Origin: Octopus bimaculoides
Taxonomy: Eukaryota
NCBI RefSeq assembly: GCF_001194135.2
Contig: NC_069008.1
Coordinates: 17,283,639 to 17,347,638 of the forward strand
DNA: 64,000 bases
Direction: 5' to 3'
The notes beneath the pieces are model-generated. The model was given only the letters and a program-made list of their open reading frames with translations. It made no database searches and was not told the origin of the DNA. Position numbers and translations under genes: made by a program. Below, piece after piece: positions 42,880-56,700 of the stretch; positions within the stretch are counted from its first letter, which is position 1; each line of letters opens with the position of its first letter.

Positions 42880-45419
42880 GATTATTTCCCCAAAACCCGA
42901 AAATCCAATCCTACAAAGCTGTCCTGTCTCTGTTGACCTTTACTCCAAGGTAGACGTGAACAACCACAGGAAGACAACACTGCAATCACGTCGTATTTAT
43001 ACTCACTAGTATGGTAGCACAGAACAGACAGAAAAACCTATTTCGTTTCAGCCCGGTTTTCGATCTGACCTGATGGGATGGAATCAGATTGTATGAAATC
43101 TAAACCGATATTTAAATTACTTTAAACGAAATAACAACAGTATTATTTTAGTTAATTAATTAATTAATTAATTAGTAAACGCTTTAAAACGTGTACAGTC
43201 TAACAATTATCTGTTACTTATAGTAATTTACTAATACGGTGGCCCAGAAAGACAGAAAAATTAGTTCGTCTCGGACTAATAACTCGACTTCGTGTTAGGC
43301 TATGATGTAAGAGATGGGCCGTTGAGCGAATCAGTATTTCTGACCACGATAAGCAAAAACTATGGGATAGAATTTCACAATGGCCATATTTACGTCCTCT
43401 GTGGTCAATAAATTAATATAGCTCTGTCAGGCTGAAATGACGAACATATAATATATATATTACACATGATATAAAACTTTGACATCAAGAAAATAATACA
43501 CAGGAATATTGAATGACGTGAATGAGAGCAGAAGTGTGAAATGTCGTCAAGACGAAGATAAAAACACCGTTCTGTAAGTTTGGTGACAAGTTTTACGCAC
43601 ACACACGTACACACGCACGCACACGCTCATACGCACTCTCACACACACATATTCGCACTCACACACACATGCTCACACTCACTCTCTCTCTCTCACAAAC
43701 ACATTCACACGCTCACAAACACCTTCTCACACTGTCACACACACACACACACACACACATGCTCGCACTTCCTCACTCACATACACACATGCTCGCACAC
43801 ACACACACACACACCNNNNNNNNNNNNNTCACACACACACACACACACACACATGCTCGCACTTCCTCACTCACATACACACATGCTCGCACACACACAC
43901 ACACACACCCTAGTATATTTCTGCTTCTGGCATAGAACCGACGAACACGTTACCATTCCAGTATACTAAGCTCAGTCTGAGAAGAGACGCAACTGATGCT
44001 GCTCAAATTCTCTTTTAGATTGTTTCTTTTTTTTTTTACTCCGATTTATGGGCAACTATACTCTTTTCACTCATTAGGTTGCGGCCATGCTGGAGCACCA
44101 CCTTTAGTCGAACAAATCGACCCCGAGACTTATTCTTTGTAAGCCTAGTACTTATTCTATCGGTCTCTTTTTGCAGAACCGCTAAGTTACGGGGACGCAA
44201 ACACACCAGCATCGGTTGTCAAGCNNNNNNNNNNNNNNNNNNNNNNNNNNNNNATACAGACACACAAACATATACACACACATACATATATATATACATA
44301 CATATACACGACGGGCTTTTTTCAGTTTCCGTTTATCAAATCCACTCACAAGGCTTTGGTCGGCCCGAGGCTATAGTAGAAGACACTTGCCTAACGTGCC
44401 ACACAGTGGGACTGAACCCGGAACCATGCAGTTGGGAAGCAAGCTACTTACCACGAAGCCACACCTGTGCCTGTATTATATTTTCTCTTGATCAAGTCAG
44501 TCTCTTGTCACTCATGTTTCACCTCTATGCTTGCGAAGTCAACAGGAATGGACCAGAACTTTCTTGATGACCTTGTGAACATACAGACGAAACTTGAGAC
44601 TAGCCAGACAGTGACTCGCCCAAAATGATGATGACATACATACACACACACACAGGCATGCACACACACACAGATACGGTGATCTGAACTCTCTGCTTAC
44701 AACAGGCATGTTGTACACTACATCTTTGCAGTGGATGTCTTCAATGCCCATATTTGGCCTTCTAAACTGGTCACTACAAGAAACTCAAAGAAAAAGACAT
44801 ATGAACTAGCAAACTGTTTAGTGTTATAGGAAACTTCAGAGCATGATTCTGTGGTAAGAAGCTTGCTTTCCCAACCACATGGTTCGGGGTTCAGTCCCAC
44901 TGTTTGACACCTTGGGCAAGTGTCTTCTACTATTGCCTCAGGCTGACCGAATCCATAAGAGTTGATTTGATAGATGGAAACTGAAAGAAGCCCATCATAT
45001 ATATTTCTTTATTGCCCATAAGCTGCGAAACCTAGAGGAAACAAACAAGGACAGACAAAGGGATTAAGTTGATTACATCGACTCCAGTGCACAACTGGTA
45101 CTTATTTAATCAATTCCAAAATGGATGAAAGGCAATGTCAACCTCGGTGGAATTTGAACTCAGAACATAGTGGCAGACGAAATACCGCTAAGCGTTTCGC
45201 CCATCGTGCTAACGTTTCTGCCAGCTCACCGCCTTGTTATATCATATATCATAGGTAAGCAAGCTACCCTGGAAGTGGAATCAGTGTGTGTGTTAGATAG
45301 TATGACCCTCCCAACAGACATAATAACGTAGCAAATACATTTCCTTAAATGCTCAAGAGAATACATAGAACTGTCATCATTTAACATCTGTTTTTCCATG
45401 CTGGCATGGGTTGGATGGT

Positions 45420-45798
45420 AGAGGTGCAATGGCCCAGTGGTTAGGGCAGCGGACTCGCGGTTTCGATTCCCAGACCGGGCGTTGTGAGTGTTTATTGAGC
45501 GAAAACACGTAAAAGCTCCACGAGGCTCCGGCAGGGGGATGGTGGCGAACCCTGCTGTACTCTTCCACCACAACTTTCTCTCACTCTTTCTCCTTGTTTC
45601 TGCTGTGCCTGTAATTCAAAGGGTCAGCCTTGTCACACTGTGTCACGCTGAATATCCCCCCGAGAACTATGTTAAGGGTACACGTGTCTGTGGAGTGCTC
45701 AGCCACTTGCACGTTAATTTCACGAGCAGGCTGTTCCGTTGATCGGATCAACTGGAACCCTCGACGTCGTAAGCGACGGAGTGCCAACAACAACAACA
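45420..45798 (+). mobile_element. tRNA-derived SINE family C, apparently full length with (CAA)n tail; 3'-truncated copy at 62059-62329
   Basis: A-box TGGCCCAGTGG, B-box GGTTTCGATTCCC, ends gtgccaacaacaacaacaa; high identity between the two copies. Confidence 0.85.
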
Positions 45799-46042
45799 AT
45801 TAAGCGATCCATACATATTGTTTCCCTTCGATGCATCCATACTTTGATGAACCATACAAATAAACAACTGCTAAACCGGAAACTCTCTTTCCGCCATAAT
45901 CACTGTTTCGTACGCATGTATTCGTCAGGACTTCCTCCACTTTCTCTTTCCTTCCCTCCGCCTGTCTTACTCTCTGATTTTATTTCTTTAGCCACCGTTT
46001 CTTCAGTCTGTCTTTCTCTCTCTAATTTATTTCAGGCCCGCG

Positions 46043-46151
46043 ATGTTTAGTTCGGAGGAATATTTGAGGAAGAAAACTGGTGAATATGGCATCGGTCGTC
46101 TCAGTTACCTCCAGTCGTTGGTGACAGAGTTTGAAGAGACAACATCCGATG
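46043..46151 (+). CDS. ARMC7: ARMC7 coding exon 1
   Basis: [36 protein letters not shown]; exon begins at acceptor 46036. Confidence 0.93.
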
Positions 46152-48292
46152 GTAAACAATGCACAAACACTAACGCATTACACACAAACATTAACGCAGT
46201 ACACGCTCGGACACACATACACATACATGAACGCATTACCCCCACACACAAACATATACACAAACATTAACGCATTACACACACACACAAACACAGTCGG
46301 AGGTAAAGAATACGCACACCGCCGGGTTTTCGGCGTAACATAAGCCCTAAGTTGAACCCTGACCCTAACCACCGGGTGTACGGATTCTTTGCCTTGGCCC
46401 AAGCGCATACACAAACATTAACGCACTACACACACACACTGGAGCAATAATGTTGACTACATATTTACGTATGTGTTTCCCTGTGTGTTACACTCTGGGT
46501 GTGTATTTGTATGTGTTATAAATTTCACCGCCCAACGGGTTAGAAACAGCAGTCAAATACGCAAAGGGCATAACTACAGTTTGGGACCCTTAAAATCCTT
46601 AAAATGCAATGAGTCATGCCTGAAATATCTCTTTTCAGATGCTAAGAAAGAAATTCTTGCCAACCTGGCTAATTTTGGCTACGACCCCCTAAACTATGGC
46701 TTCTTTCGCCAACTCAATATCCTGGATTTGTTTCTTGGTAAGTAGAAATGTCTTTGTATTCTAAACTTTTTCTTGAACCCCTTCCATATTCTACCATTTA
46801 TCCACAGATAAACCGTAATTTTCCTGATAACAACCTTGTCTTTTGGAATCATCCTGGTTCTGTGATGTTGCTAAACTTTTTCACATTGTTATCATATTTC
46901 TGTTGAAACGCTCCAATGTTGTTTCAATTAGTTCCAAAAATAATGAAGAATTAAGTAAAAATAACTTCCATAATTAATTTTGTGTTTGGGACACTCCTGT
47001 AATCTATAGTGTCGTTGCCACCACCACCACCACCACCGTCAACATTATCATCATTTTAACATTCACTTTACCATGGTTGCATCATCATCATCATCGTCAT
47101 CGTCGTCATCATCATTTTCATCATTGCTGTTCTCGTTATCACTGTCATCATCACCATCATTTTCACTGTCGTTCTTGTCATCACCATCGTCGTCATATAT
47201 ATGTGCACAACATCATCATCATCATCATACGTCCGCTTTCCATGCTGGCATGGGTTGGACGGTTTGACCGAAGACTGGTGAAACCAGATGGCTGCACCAG
47301 GCTCCAATCTGATCTGGCAGAGTTTCTACAGCTGGGTGCCCTTCCTAACACCAACCACTCCGAGAGTGTAGTGGGTGCTTTTTACATGCCACTGCCACAG
47401 GAGCCAGTCAGGTGGCACTGGCATCAACCACGTTTGGGTGGTGCTTTTTATGTGCCACCATGGCTGTGTAGTTGACTTTATTTCTCAGCCGTAAGATTAT
47501 GAGGATTATGGTGGTGGTGATGATGATGATGATGGTAGTGCTGGTGGTGGTGATGTCCATAAGGATAACGGTGATGATGATGATGATGATGACTGTTATT
47601 GCTATTGACAACGATGCTGCTGCTGGTGAAGTTCTCATTTTGTTAAATGTTTAACGACACAGTTGTGTTTGTTGTTGTTGTTGTTGCAGATTCTTTAGAA
47701 GACAACGATGAGAAAATGGTAGAATTTGCCATAGCAGGTTTATGCAATTGCTGTTTAGGTAAGGCGTCTTATTCAAGTAGTTCTTGCTTTCATTCCGATG
47801 CACATTACAGTCGGACTGGCCATGCTGGAGTACTACTGCCTAGGCTTTTAGTCACTCATATTGATCTCGAGAGTTACCGTATTTTAACGTGTATAAGGAA
47901 CCCTTTTTTTGCCAAAAATTAGGTTAAGAAAATATGGGAGTGTCTTATACATGGATAGTATTATAATCCCTTACAAAAGGGGTTATAATACTAATGCCAA
48001 CCACTTTATAGAGAGACTAGATGCCTTTAGCATGGCACAAGAATGGGTGTTCTGGAACCTGTAATTATTGGGGCACTGGGATATGGTAACACATTGCCTA
48101 AATACCAATCTTGAGAAATTAGGCTTCCCAAATCCAAAAAGGAGAAAGCTAATTCAAAGACTACAGATCCAATCCATCCCTGTAAAACTTTCCAGAAGTT
48201 TATCATTTAAATATATATATGAGCATGTCTGGATATGTAGCTATATGCATGAGAATACATACATAAAACAAAACATGCTAATCTGCACATAT

Positions 48293-48331
<39 letters not shown>

Positions 48332-49453
48332 CACACCTTGTTGTTGATTGTTGAAATTCAAATCAAGGAGCCTTGGATCTGGGTTAGAAACCGGTTCTTT
48401 CTCTGTTGGCAAGAAATCTTGAAATAAAATTGAACAAACGTATGTACACACATATGTATATTTATATCCGCATGTATGTTAAACCTTTGTAGGCTGTGCT
48501 ACAGCATGGCCACAGTTCAGTGAACACAACAACTAAAAGAAAAAAAAAAGACCTATTCCCAATCACAATAACAATCATAATCTTTCTTCCTCCCTAATGG
48601 ATCTTTCACGTTCCTGGTCTGAATTCCTGCAGAATTTACCATTGCAGGGGAGATAATCAGAATTTGCCTTTATAAGGGAGATAATTAGACTAAGTCGAGG
48701 AATTCGCACCTTAGAGTAAACGGCCCAGGCATCTATCTAATTTGTTTAATTTCTACTTAGATATAAATTTCTTTAACCCTTTAGCATCCAGATTATTCCA
48801 TCAACTGTTAATTCTTATTTATTCACATTGCTTTGTATTAATCATGCTTTATCTCTCATAGCCTCAAGCTTTCAATGATGAGATTGTTTATTTTTAGAAT
48901 GACATTGTAAGGTAGATGTGAAAGGCCAGAACCGGTTGGTTTGAACATAAAACAGGTAGACTATTTGGAATGGGTATGGCCAGTTTAAACGCAGAAGGCT
49001 TCTAGTCGCTGGTAGCCAGGCATAGCGACATTTCGTTTTGTTCATGACAGGATTTTCTTATTGTTAAATAAAATTTCATTAAACTATTTCTCTGCCATTT
49101 ATGACTTTGTACATATATGTGTGTATGTATGTAGATATATATACATATGTAGATCATTGTCATCATGATATACATATACATGTAGTTCAGATTTACAGAA
49201 AACAAAAGACGAAGACAGGTGTATAAACAACAAACAGGTGTATTAGTTTAACGCTCGGGAAGGTGAGGATGTCTTTTACGTTTCGAACCTACGCACTTCA
49301 ACAGGAAGGAGCACGAACAAATAAACAGAGAGAGAATAAAAAAAAACTCTTGGNNNNNNNNNNNNNNNNNNNNNNNNNNNNNNNNNNNNNNNNNNNNNNN
49401 NNNNNNNNNNNNNNNNNNNNNNNNNNNNNNNNNNNNNNNNNNNNNNNNNNNNN

Positions 49454-49495
<42 letters not shown>

Positions 49496-51922
49496 GTGTA
49501 TATCTCATTTCAGATGAGAAAAACAAGGAGTTTATTATCAAAAACGATGGTGTAAATATTGTGAAAAAGCACTGCCTCAGGTGAGTCATTAATCATTGTT
49601 CATATTATTCATATCAATCATCAGGTTTGTCTTCAGGTGCATCTCTGCATTCCTGAATGTGTGTGCAGCAGTGTCTTTTGTGTTGGTGCAGAATTGCATT
49701 TCAGAACCGGATGTCTGCTTTTGATTTTTATTTTTTGTGGAATATGGCAAAACACCTGTACGGCAAAATGCCTGTACAGCAAGACACCTGGACAGCATGA
49801 CACTTGTACATCAAGACACCTGAACAGCAAAATGCCTGTACAGCAAGACACCTGGACAGCAAAACACCTGTACATCAAGACACCTGGACAGCATGACATT
49901 TGTACATCAAGACACCTGGACAGCAAAACACCTGTGCTTGTCCCTCTATCATACTTTAGCCTCTCACCACCTGGGCACCTGGCATAAAGCCACCTCTCTC
50001 AGTACAGTATCCTGCATCCTCATTCGATCAAAGGTGGAAATATTGTCTCCTGAGATACTAGTCCTCTTTAAGTGGCACCAGTACTGACAGGGTCATCAAG
50101 TAACTTGCTCGACAAAGATCCTTTGAAAGGGGATGGGGCATTGGAGGAGGTGGTCTTGTGTCAGATGATGAAAGGTTAGAGTGTGACAGAGAGACAGAAA
50201 TGGGTGTCTTGCTGTAGGGGAGGTACATGGTTACCCGACCAGAGAGAGAGAAAATTATATATTTCGAACGGGAATTTGGCAGCGCCACCTCTAGCCGAAC
50301 AATTGTTCTGTGCTGATGAAGGGAAATAACCCGAAAATTGCGATACACAGATATTGTTTTGAGCTGAGTGGGGGGTGCTAGATGCCCTTGTTTGAAAATA
50401 TAAGGACACAGATCGTGTTGTATAGCCAGCTGGAGACGATGTCACCTGGGGCTAAATTACAGCAACATTCGTCCTTAACCAGGACTGCCATGTTATGTTG
50501 GCAAACAATCTTTACTCCAAAGTACTGTTGCTGAATATCTCTCGTTGTGAGATTTAAAACAAAAAATAGTAATTTTCAGAGAGAGAGTGATCAAGGAGGA
50601 GGTCATAAAAACAATTGATTGTGCATATTTATGTATTCGTTTAATTAACTCCTATCTTTCAGTGGTGCTAATGAAGAAACATTAATATCAGCCTTGACAT
50701 GTCTGATGTTCCTCATCACCCCAGCTTCCAAAAAAGGTAAGAATATTTATTTCAGTTGCAACTCTTTACATTCTGAGTTCAAATCTCAGCTTTGTCTTTC
50801 ATTGTCTATGGGTTGATGAAATAAGGTACCAGTCATGTACGAGGGTCAATATAATTGTCTAACCCTCTTCCCTCAAAAATTGCTGCCCTTGTGCCAAACT
50901 TTTAAACTATTATTACTTATTATTAGTATTATTGTTATTATTGAGTGAAAGAGCAGTGCATGCCATCAAAGTGACACTAGGGTAAAATATACGAAGCCCA
51001 GTATACCCATCATGACGACCCGTCTGATAAGGGTACACCAGGCAAATGCATCACAACCATATGTGCGTAACATGGTGATCTCATATCAAGATAAACAGTG
51101 CATGACCTTGCAGGTGGGGCCCAGTTGGAATTTTCTTCAGGTCAAGTAGCCCATCCCACTCAAATGGTCCCTGAATAAGAGTTGTTTAAAGATGTTGAAT
51201 GAAACACCCGTATTTCCAGGGGCAAATTATTCAAACCCTAAAGAATTCCTCTCAACACATAGCTATGATGCTCCCCCACTACTTCTGCTCATGATCAAAG
51301 ATGCACATATCGTCAGCCACCAAGGGACATGCTCAACTGGTTAAGGTCAAACAACTGACAAACAAATCTATGGTATTGAGCAGAATATTTGCTGTGGACC
51401 ATCTTTTATACCAAGACAAAAGAATGTACATGATAACACTTCCAATCAATTAAGATCAGAAGCCATGAGAGCCACTGCCATTTTTCCCCTCTGGTTTCAC
51501 CAGTCCTCAGTCAAATCGTCCAACCCATGCTAGCATGGAAAGCAGACATTAAACGATGATGATGATCATTCTGATGATTAAGACCATGCTGGAGCACCAC
51601 TTGTTGATAGTATGTTTATGGATGTCTTTCAAAAAAATGAACCACTAATTTTATTGAACCACTAATTTTTTGCCAGCTATTCTGACGGAGGAGTTCACAA
51701 AACGAATCCTAGACTGGTCTGGAAACTCTAACGCACGCATTAAAAACTTAGCTACCATATTCATCGAGGTAAACAACCATTTTCTATCTTTCTACACTAT
51801 TGTATATATGGCAAAATTTGAAACCATTATTATTATTATTTATTTTCTTCCTCCAGGATTATTTCAACAAAGAAGATAATAAGGTGAAATACGGAGATCA
51901 AGCTTCAGTCGCAGACCATTGA
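46043..51922 (+). CDS. ARMC7: Armadillo repeat-containing protein 7, 7 coding exons, 191 aa
   Basis: Exons 46043-46151, 46639-46737, 47690-47758, 49514-49580, 50663-50736, 51677-51768, 51857-51922 join in frame (576 nt). Motifs [38 protein letters not shown] and RIKNLATIF match recalled ARMC7. Confidence 0.95.
46639..46737 (+). CDS. ARMC7: ARMC7 exon 2
   Basis: [33 protein letters not shown]. Confidence 0.95.
47690..47758 (+). CDS. ARMC7: ARMC7 exon 3
   Basis: [23 protein letters not shown]. Confidence 0.93.
49514..49580 (+). CDS. ARMC7: ARMC7 exon 4
   Basis: [23 protein letters not shown]. Confidence 0.92.
49751..49933. repeat. 16-bp minisatellite in ARMC7 intron 4
   Basis: About 11 copies of acacctg[g/t]aca[g/t]caa[g/a]. 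Confidence 0.85.
50307..50351 (+). ncRNA. Type I hammerhead ribozyme motif in ARMC7 intron 4
   Basis: tctgtg-CTGATGA-a-GGG aaataa CCC-GAAA-attgcga-TA-cacaga; 6-bp stem I. Confidence 0.6.
50663..50736 (+). CDS. ARMC7: ARMC7 exon 5
   Basis: [24 protein letters not shown]. Confidence 0.92.
50945..51478 (-). mobile_element. Dispersed interspersed repeat, family not identified
   Basis: Homologous partial copies at 22245-22480 (same orientation) and 16190-16280 (opposite orientation). Confidence 0.7.
51677..51768 (+). CDS. ARMC7: ARMC7 exon 6
   Basis: [31 protein letters not shown]. Confidence 0.92.
51857..51922 (+). CDS. ARMC7: ARMC7 last exon
   Basis: ctccag|[21 protein letters not shown]. 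Confidence 0.85.
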   Translation, partial: DYFNKEDNKVKYGDQASVADH

Positions 51923-53642
51923 CAACGATGACGAAAGCTAGAAGCTCAGAAATTCTGGTGAGATGGAGCAGCTGAATATATCGACCGACCTACCCCAGTA
52001 GTTAACTGGTATTTTGATTTATCGGCACGTCACCTCCAGAAGGAAGAAAGGTAGAGTGTTGACCCCGACTTGATTTGAACTCAAGAATGCACAGGAATCT
52101 GTTGCAAAATACTCCGGGTCAAGCACTGCTGCATTCAAGTGCAATTCGTTTGTGCAACAGCTCGAGCAAGTGCCTTCGTCTGTAGCCAGAGGCTGAGCAA
52201 AGTCTTATGAACAGATTTGAAAGGTGGAAACTAAAAGAAGATTTTCAAGTATATCTATATAGGCGCAAGCATTGCTGTATGGCAAGAAGGTTGGTTCCAG
52301 GTTCAGTCCCACTGCGTGGCACCTTGGGCAAGTGTCTTCTTCTATAGCCTCAGGCCGACCAAAGCTTTGTTAGTGGATTTGGTAGACGGAAACTGAAAGA
52401 AGCCCATGATATGTTTGTGTCTGTTTGTCCCCGCCCCACCATTGCTTGACAACCAATGTTGGTGTGTTTACTTAACAGGTTTTTCAAATAGTTATTTATA
52501 TTGACTGCGACCATGCTGGAACACCGCCTTTTGTTGAACAAATCGACCCCAGGTCTTATTCTTTGTAAACTTAGTACTTATTCTATCAGTCTCTTTTGCT
52601 GAACCGCTAAGTTACAGGGACGTAAACACACCAACATCAGTTGTCAAGCGATGGTGTGGAGACAAACACAGACACACAAACATAGATACAATTGGCTTCT
52701 TCCAGTTTCTGTCTATAGTATAACCTGTCGTATGACAATGTATAATTTTGGCAGCTTCCTTTTGCCAACATGGCCAAACATCAAGAAATACAGCAGACAG
52801 TTACAAGTTTAACTTTTATCAAATTTCTTGGTGCTTCATACAAAATAATGAAATGAAAATTGATTTTCAAAACGAAAAATATTTATTACTTTTAAAATAA
52901 AATTACATAATACAAATTTCATTGACTCCTCCTCTGCGATTCTTTTTCACTGTGTGTGTGTGTAGTGGGAGAGGAATGTTCTTTTACTCATTGCCTGTCA
53001 CCAAGCCTAGAGTGTGCACTTATCTGACACCTCTTATGTTAACCCTCTCTGTATCTCTCCCCCTCTCTCTATACAATGTAAGTTGTGACTAGAGCAAGCA
53101 ACCAACCAACAAATATTATATCAGCTATTATTATATACAGAGATAAGATATATATATATACATAACTAGGAAAAACCATAATGTTGTCTGTGTGTCACTC
53201 AGACAGGCTACATAGCCAAATGTGATGGAAGTTTTCTTCATGCGAATAACAGATTTAACCAACCCAGAGGTGAAGATAGTTGACAAGGCTTAATGGCAAT
53301 ATAAGGGGTCGTAGGAAAGTTGGGGGTGGGTAGAAAATGAAGATGGTAGTGGTGGTGGTGGTGGTGCTATATAAGAAAAAAATCACCCAGACCACTCTGT
53401 AAAGTGGTTGGCATTAGGAAGGGCATCCAGCTGTAGAAAAAAAAAACCATGCCAAGGAGAGGGCCATGCAAACAACCAACCTCTACCCCTTTTCAAAATT
53501 GCTGGCTTCCTTATGTCTAAACCAGAGACAACCATTATTATTATTATTATTATTCTGTTCTTTATCTATAAATTGTCTCGCTGTGCTTGTGTCTGCAAAA
53601 CCTTAACTATTATTGTTGGTGTTGCTGCTGTGGAAGTCATTG

Positions 53643-53772
53643 CTATAAAGCAAGGCTGTAAGAGAAACTGGAAGCCTGCCATCTGTATTCCCCAGCCTTG
53701 ATCGGAGTCTCTAGCGTTCTTTCGGTGATGTCTATTTTGCCGTCTCCATCAACCAGTAGCACAGTATGGGTC
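53643..53772 (-). CDS. TANGO2: TANGO2 last exon
   Basis: THTVLLVDGDGKIDITERTLETPIKAGEYRWQASSFSYSLAL*. Confidence 0.9.
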
Positions 53773-56700
53773 CTGAAGAGAGAGAAACATTGACTTACAT
53801 TAATCAAACCATCATCATCATCATCGTTTAACGTCCACTTTCCCTGCTAGCATGGGTTGGACGATTTGACTGAGGACTGGTGAAACCGGATGGCAACACC
53901 AGGTTCCAATCTAATTTGGCAGAGTTTCTACAGCTGGATGCCCTTCCTAACGCCAACCACTCAGAGAGTGTAGTGGGTGCTTTTACGTGTCACCCGCACG
54001 AAGGCCAGTCAGGCGGTACTGGCAACGATCTCGCTCGAAAATCCTACAAAGGCCAGTCAGGCGGTACTGGCAACAGCCACACTCAAAATGGTGCATCTTA
54101 TGTGCCACCCGCACAAGAGCCAGTCCAGGGGCACTGGCAACGATCTCACTTGGCTTGCCGGGTCTTCTCACGCACAGCACATTTCCAATGTGGCCAGATC
54201 TGGCTTTTTACACCTACCCTACAATGTCATTCTCAGAATAAAATAAACAATCCCATCATTAAAATCTCAAAGCTATAAGATAATGCAGGATTAATTCAAA
54301 ACGATATGAATATATAAGCATTATATTTTAAAGTGTAATCTGAATGCCATGTTCTACTGTGTTAGCAGTGCTCTTACATCACTTGTTAAGCATGCTTAGA
54401 TGCATTGCACCACTGTAGAATTATCTCCCCAGTAGCTGCAGGCACATTGTATTGCATTGAGAGGGGAGAAAACTCATACAACGACATGATGCACCTGCTG
54501 TGTGCTAAAGGTTAAAAATTCAGAAATACTGTCTTCTTTTTTTTTACCTTGATCCTCTTCGTTCCTCTTCATTTTGGAAATAGATATAAGGAATGGTTGA
54601 CTTGAAGGATGGAAATTTCTGGGTGTATTCCTGGTCATAATATCTGGATAATGAGATAAAAAAATAAAAAAGTAATCTGACAAACATTGACAAATAAGGA
54701 ATGGAAGAGTTTTATCAAAACATGGCATGACTAATTAGTACACAATTAAAATACCAAGAAGCTTGCTTCCCAACCACATGGTTCTGGGTTCAGTCGGGCA
54801 AGTGTTTTCTACAGTAGCCTCAAGGCTCACCAAAGCCTTGTGAGTGGATTTGGTAGATGGAAACTAAAAGAAGCCTGTTGTGTGTGTGTGTGTAATCACA
54901 TGATAGAGCAGGCTATCAGATGTTATACATTGCTAGTCACAATGCGCTTTTGCATTGCTTTAGCCCTCAAACGATGCCCCCTCGCTGGGTAGGCGAGGTG
55001 GCCAACAATCCCCCCTGATCAAAGGGGGTGTGGAGCAATGTGAAATGAAGTGTTTTGCTGAAGAACACAATGCACCACACTTCAGGGAATTGAAACTACG
55101 ATCTAGCAACTGAGTGCAACAGCCTAACCACTAAGCCACACACCTTCACACACATATATAGGGTGCAGACATGGCTGTGTGGTAAGAAGTTTGCTTCCCA
55201 ACCACATGGTTCCAGGTTCAATCACCCTGCATGACATCTTGGGTAACTTTCTTCTACTATAGCCTTGGGTCAACCAAATCCTTACGAGTGGTTTTGGTAG
55301 ATGGAAACTGAAAGAAGCCCGTTGAATTAAGTGCGCACGACCGCGTGTGTGTGTGCGTGCATTTGTCCTCCGGCCCTGCTTGACAATCAGTATTGGCATG
55401 TTTACATTGCTGTAACTTAGCAGTGCAGCTAAAGTAACTGATAAAATAAATAGCAAGCTTAATAATAAAAATAAAAAAAAAATTACTGAGATCAGTTTGT
55501 CTGACTAGAATTTCTACAAAGCGGTGCTCCAGCGTGGCCGCAGTCTAGTGACTTAAACAAGTAAATGATTAAAAAAAAAAAAAAGATACCCNNNNNNNNN
55601 NNNNNNNNNNNNNNNNNNNNNNNNNNNNNNNNNNNNNNNNNNNNNNNNNNNNNNNNNNNNNNNNNNNNNNNNNNNNNNNNNNNNNNNNNNNNNNNNNNNN
55701 NNNNNNNNNNNNNNNNNNNNNNNNNNNNNNNNNNNNNNNNNNNNNNNNNNNNNNNNNNNNNNNNNNNNNNNNNNNNNNNNNNNNNNNNNNNNNNNNNNNN
55801 NNNNNNNNNNNNNNNNNNNNNNNNNNNNNNNNNNNNNNNNNNNNNNNNNNNNNNNNNNNNNNNNNNNNNNNNNNNNNNNNNNNNNNNNNNNNNNNNNNNN
55901 NNNNNNNNNNNNNNNNNNNNNNNNNNNNNNNNNNNNNNNNNNNNNNNNNNNNNNNNNNNNNNNNNNNNNNNNNNNATGAATGGGTGTGTATGTGATTGTA
56001 CGTATGGGTGTGTGTGTGTGTGTATATGAGAATGCATGTGAATGCGTGTGTGTTTATGGGCGTGTATGAATGTGTATATATGGGTGTGCGTATGAGTATG
56101 TATATGAATGTGTGTATGGGTGTATAGGCGTGGGTGTGTGTGCGCGTGGGTGTTTGTAGGAGTGTGTAGCAGAGACAAAACTGAATCACCGAAATCACCA
56201 AGTTATAACTTAACCATAATCATTTCATATGATTGGTCGATTAACTGACCAATCAGTCTTGAGCTATCACTTGATTTAACCTTCTAGAACAGGGGTCCCC
56301 AACCCTTTTAATATGCTTATCCTTATGTATATATATATATATATATATACACATATATATATATATATATGAAATTTTGAATTTAGTTCATGGACCTCTC
56401 TATTACTTTTAAGGACCACCAGGGGTCCATAGACCCAAGGATGGGAACCACTGTTCTAGAGCCTTCTAGAATCTTCTAACAAGGCTTATGAAAAAAAAGT
56501 TTTGGTGCTAAAACCTCTGAATGTTGGGCACCGTTGCTGTGATGGCCACATTCTCATTTTCTTATTCAGCCCTGCAGAAGCAGTGTGCTAAATGGCTGTT
56601 TTAACAACTTCAGATTCGGCTGAGCAAATAGAAGCTACAGGTTTGCTGTTGTGAATCTTATATCATTAAAAGTGAAGCTGATCTCCATCTGTCTGTCAAT

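Noticed and set aside
55592-55975. TANGO2 lacks its GLSN..PW.K segment and has a phase mismatch
   Set aside because: I found no candidate exon in the sequenced part of the intron; the gap is the simplest explanation.
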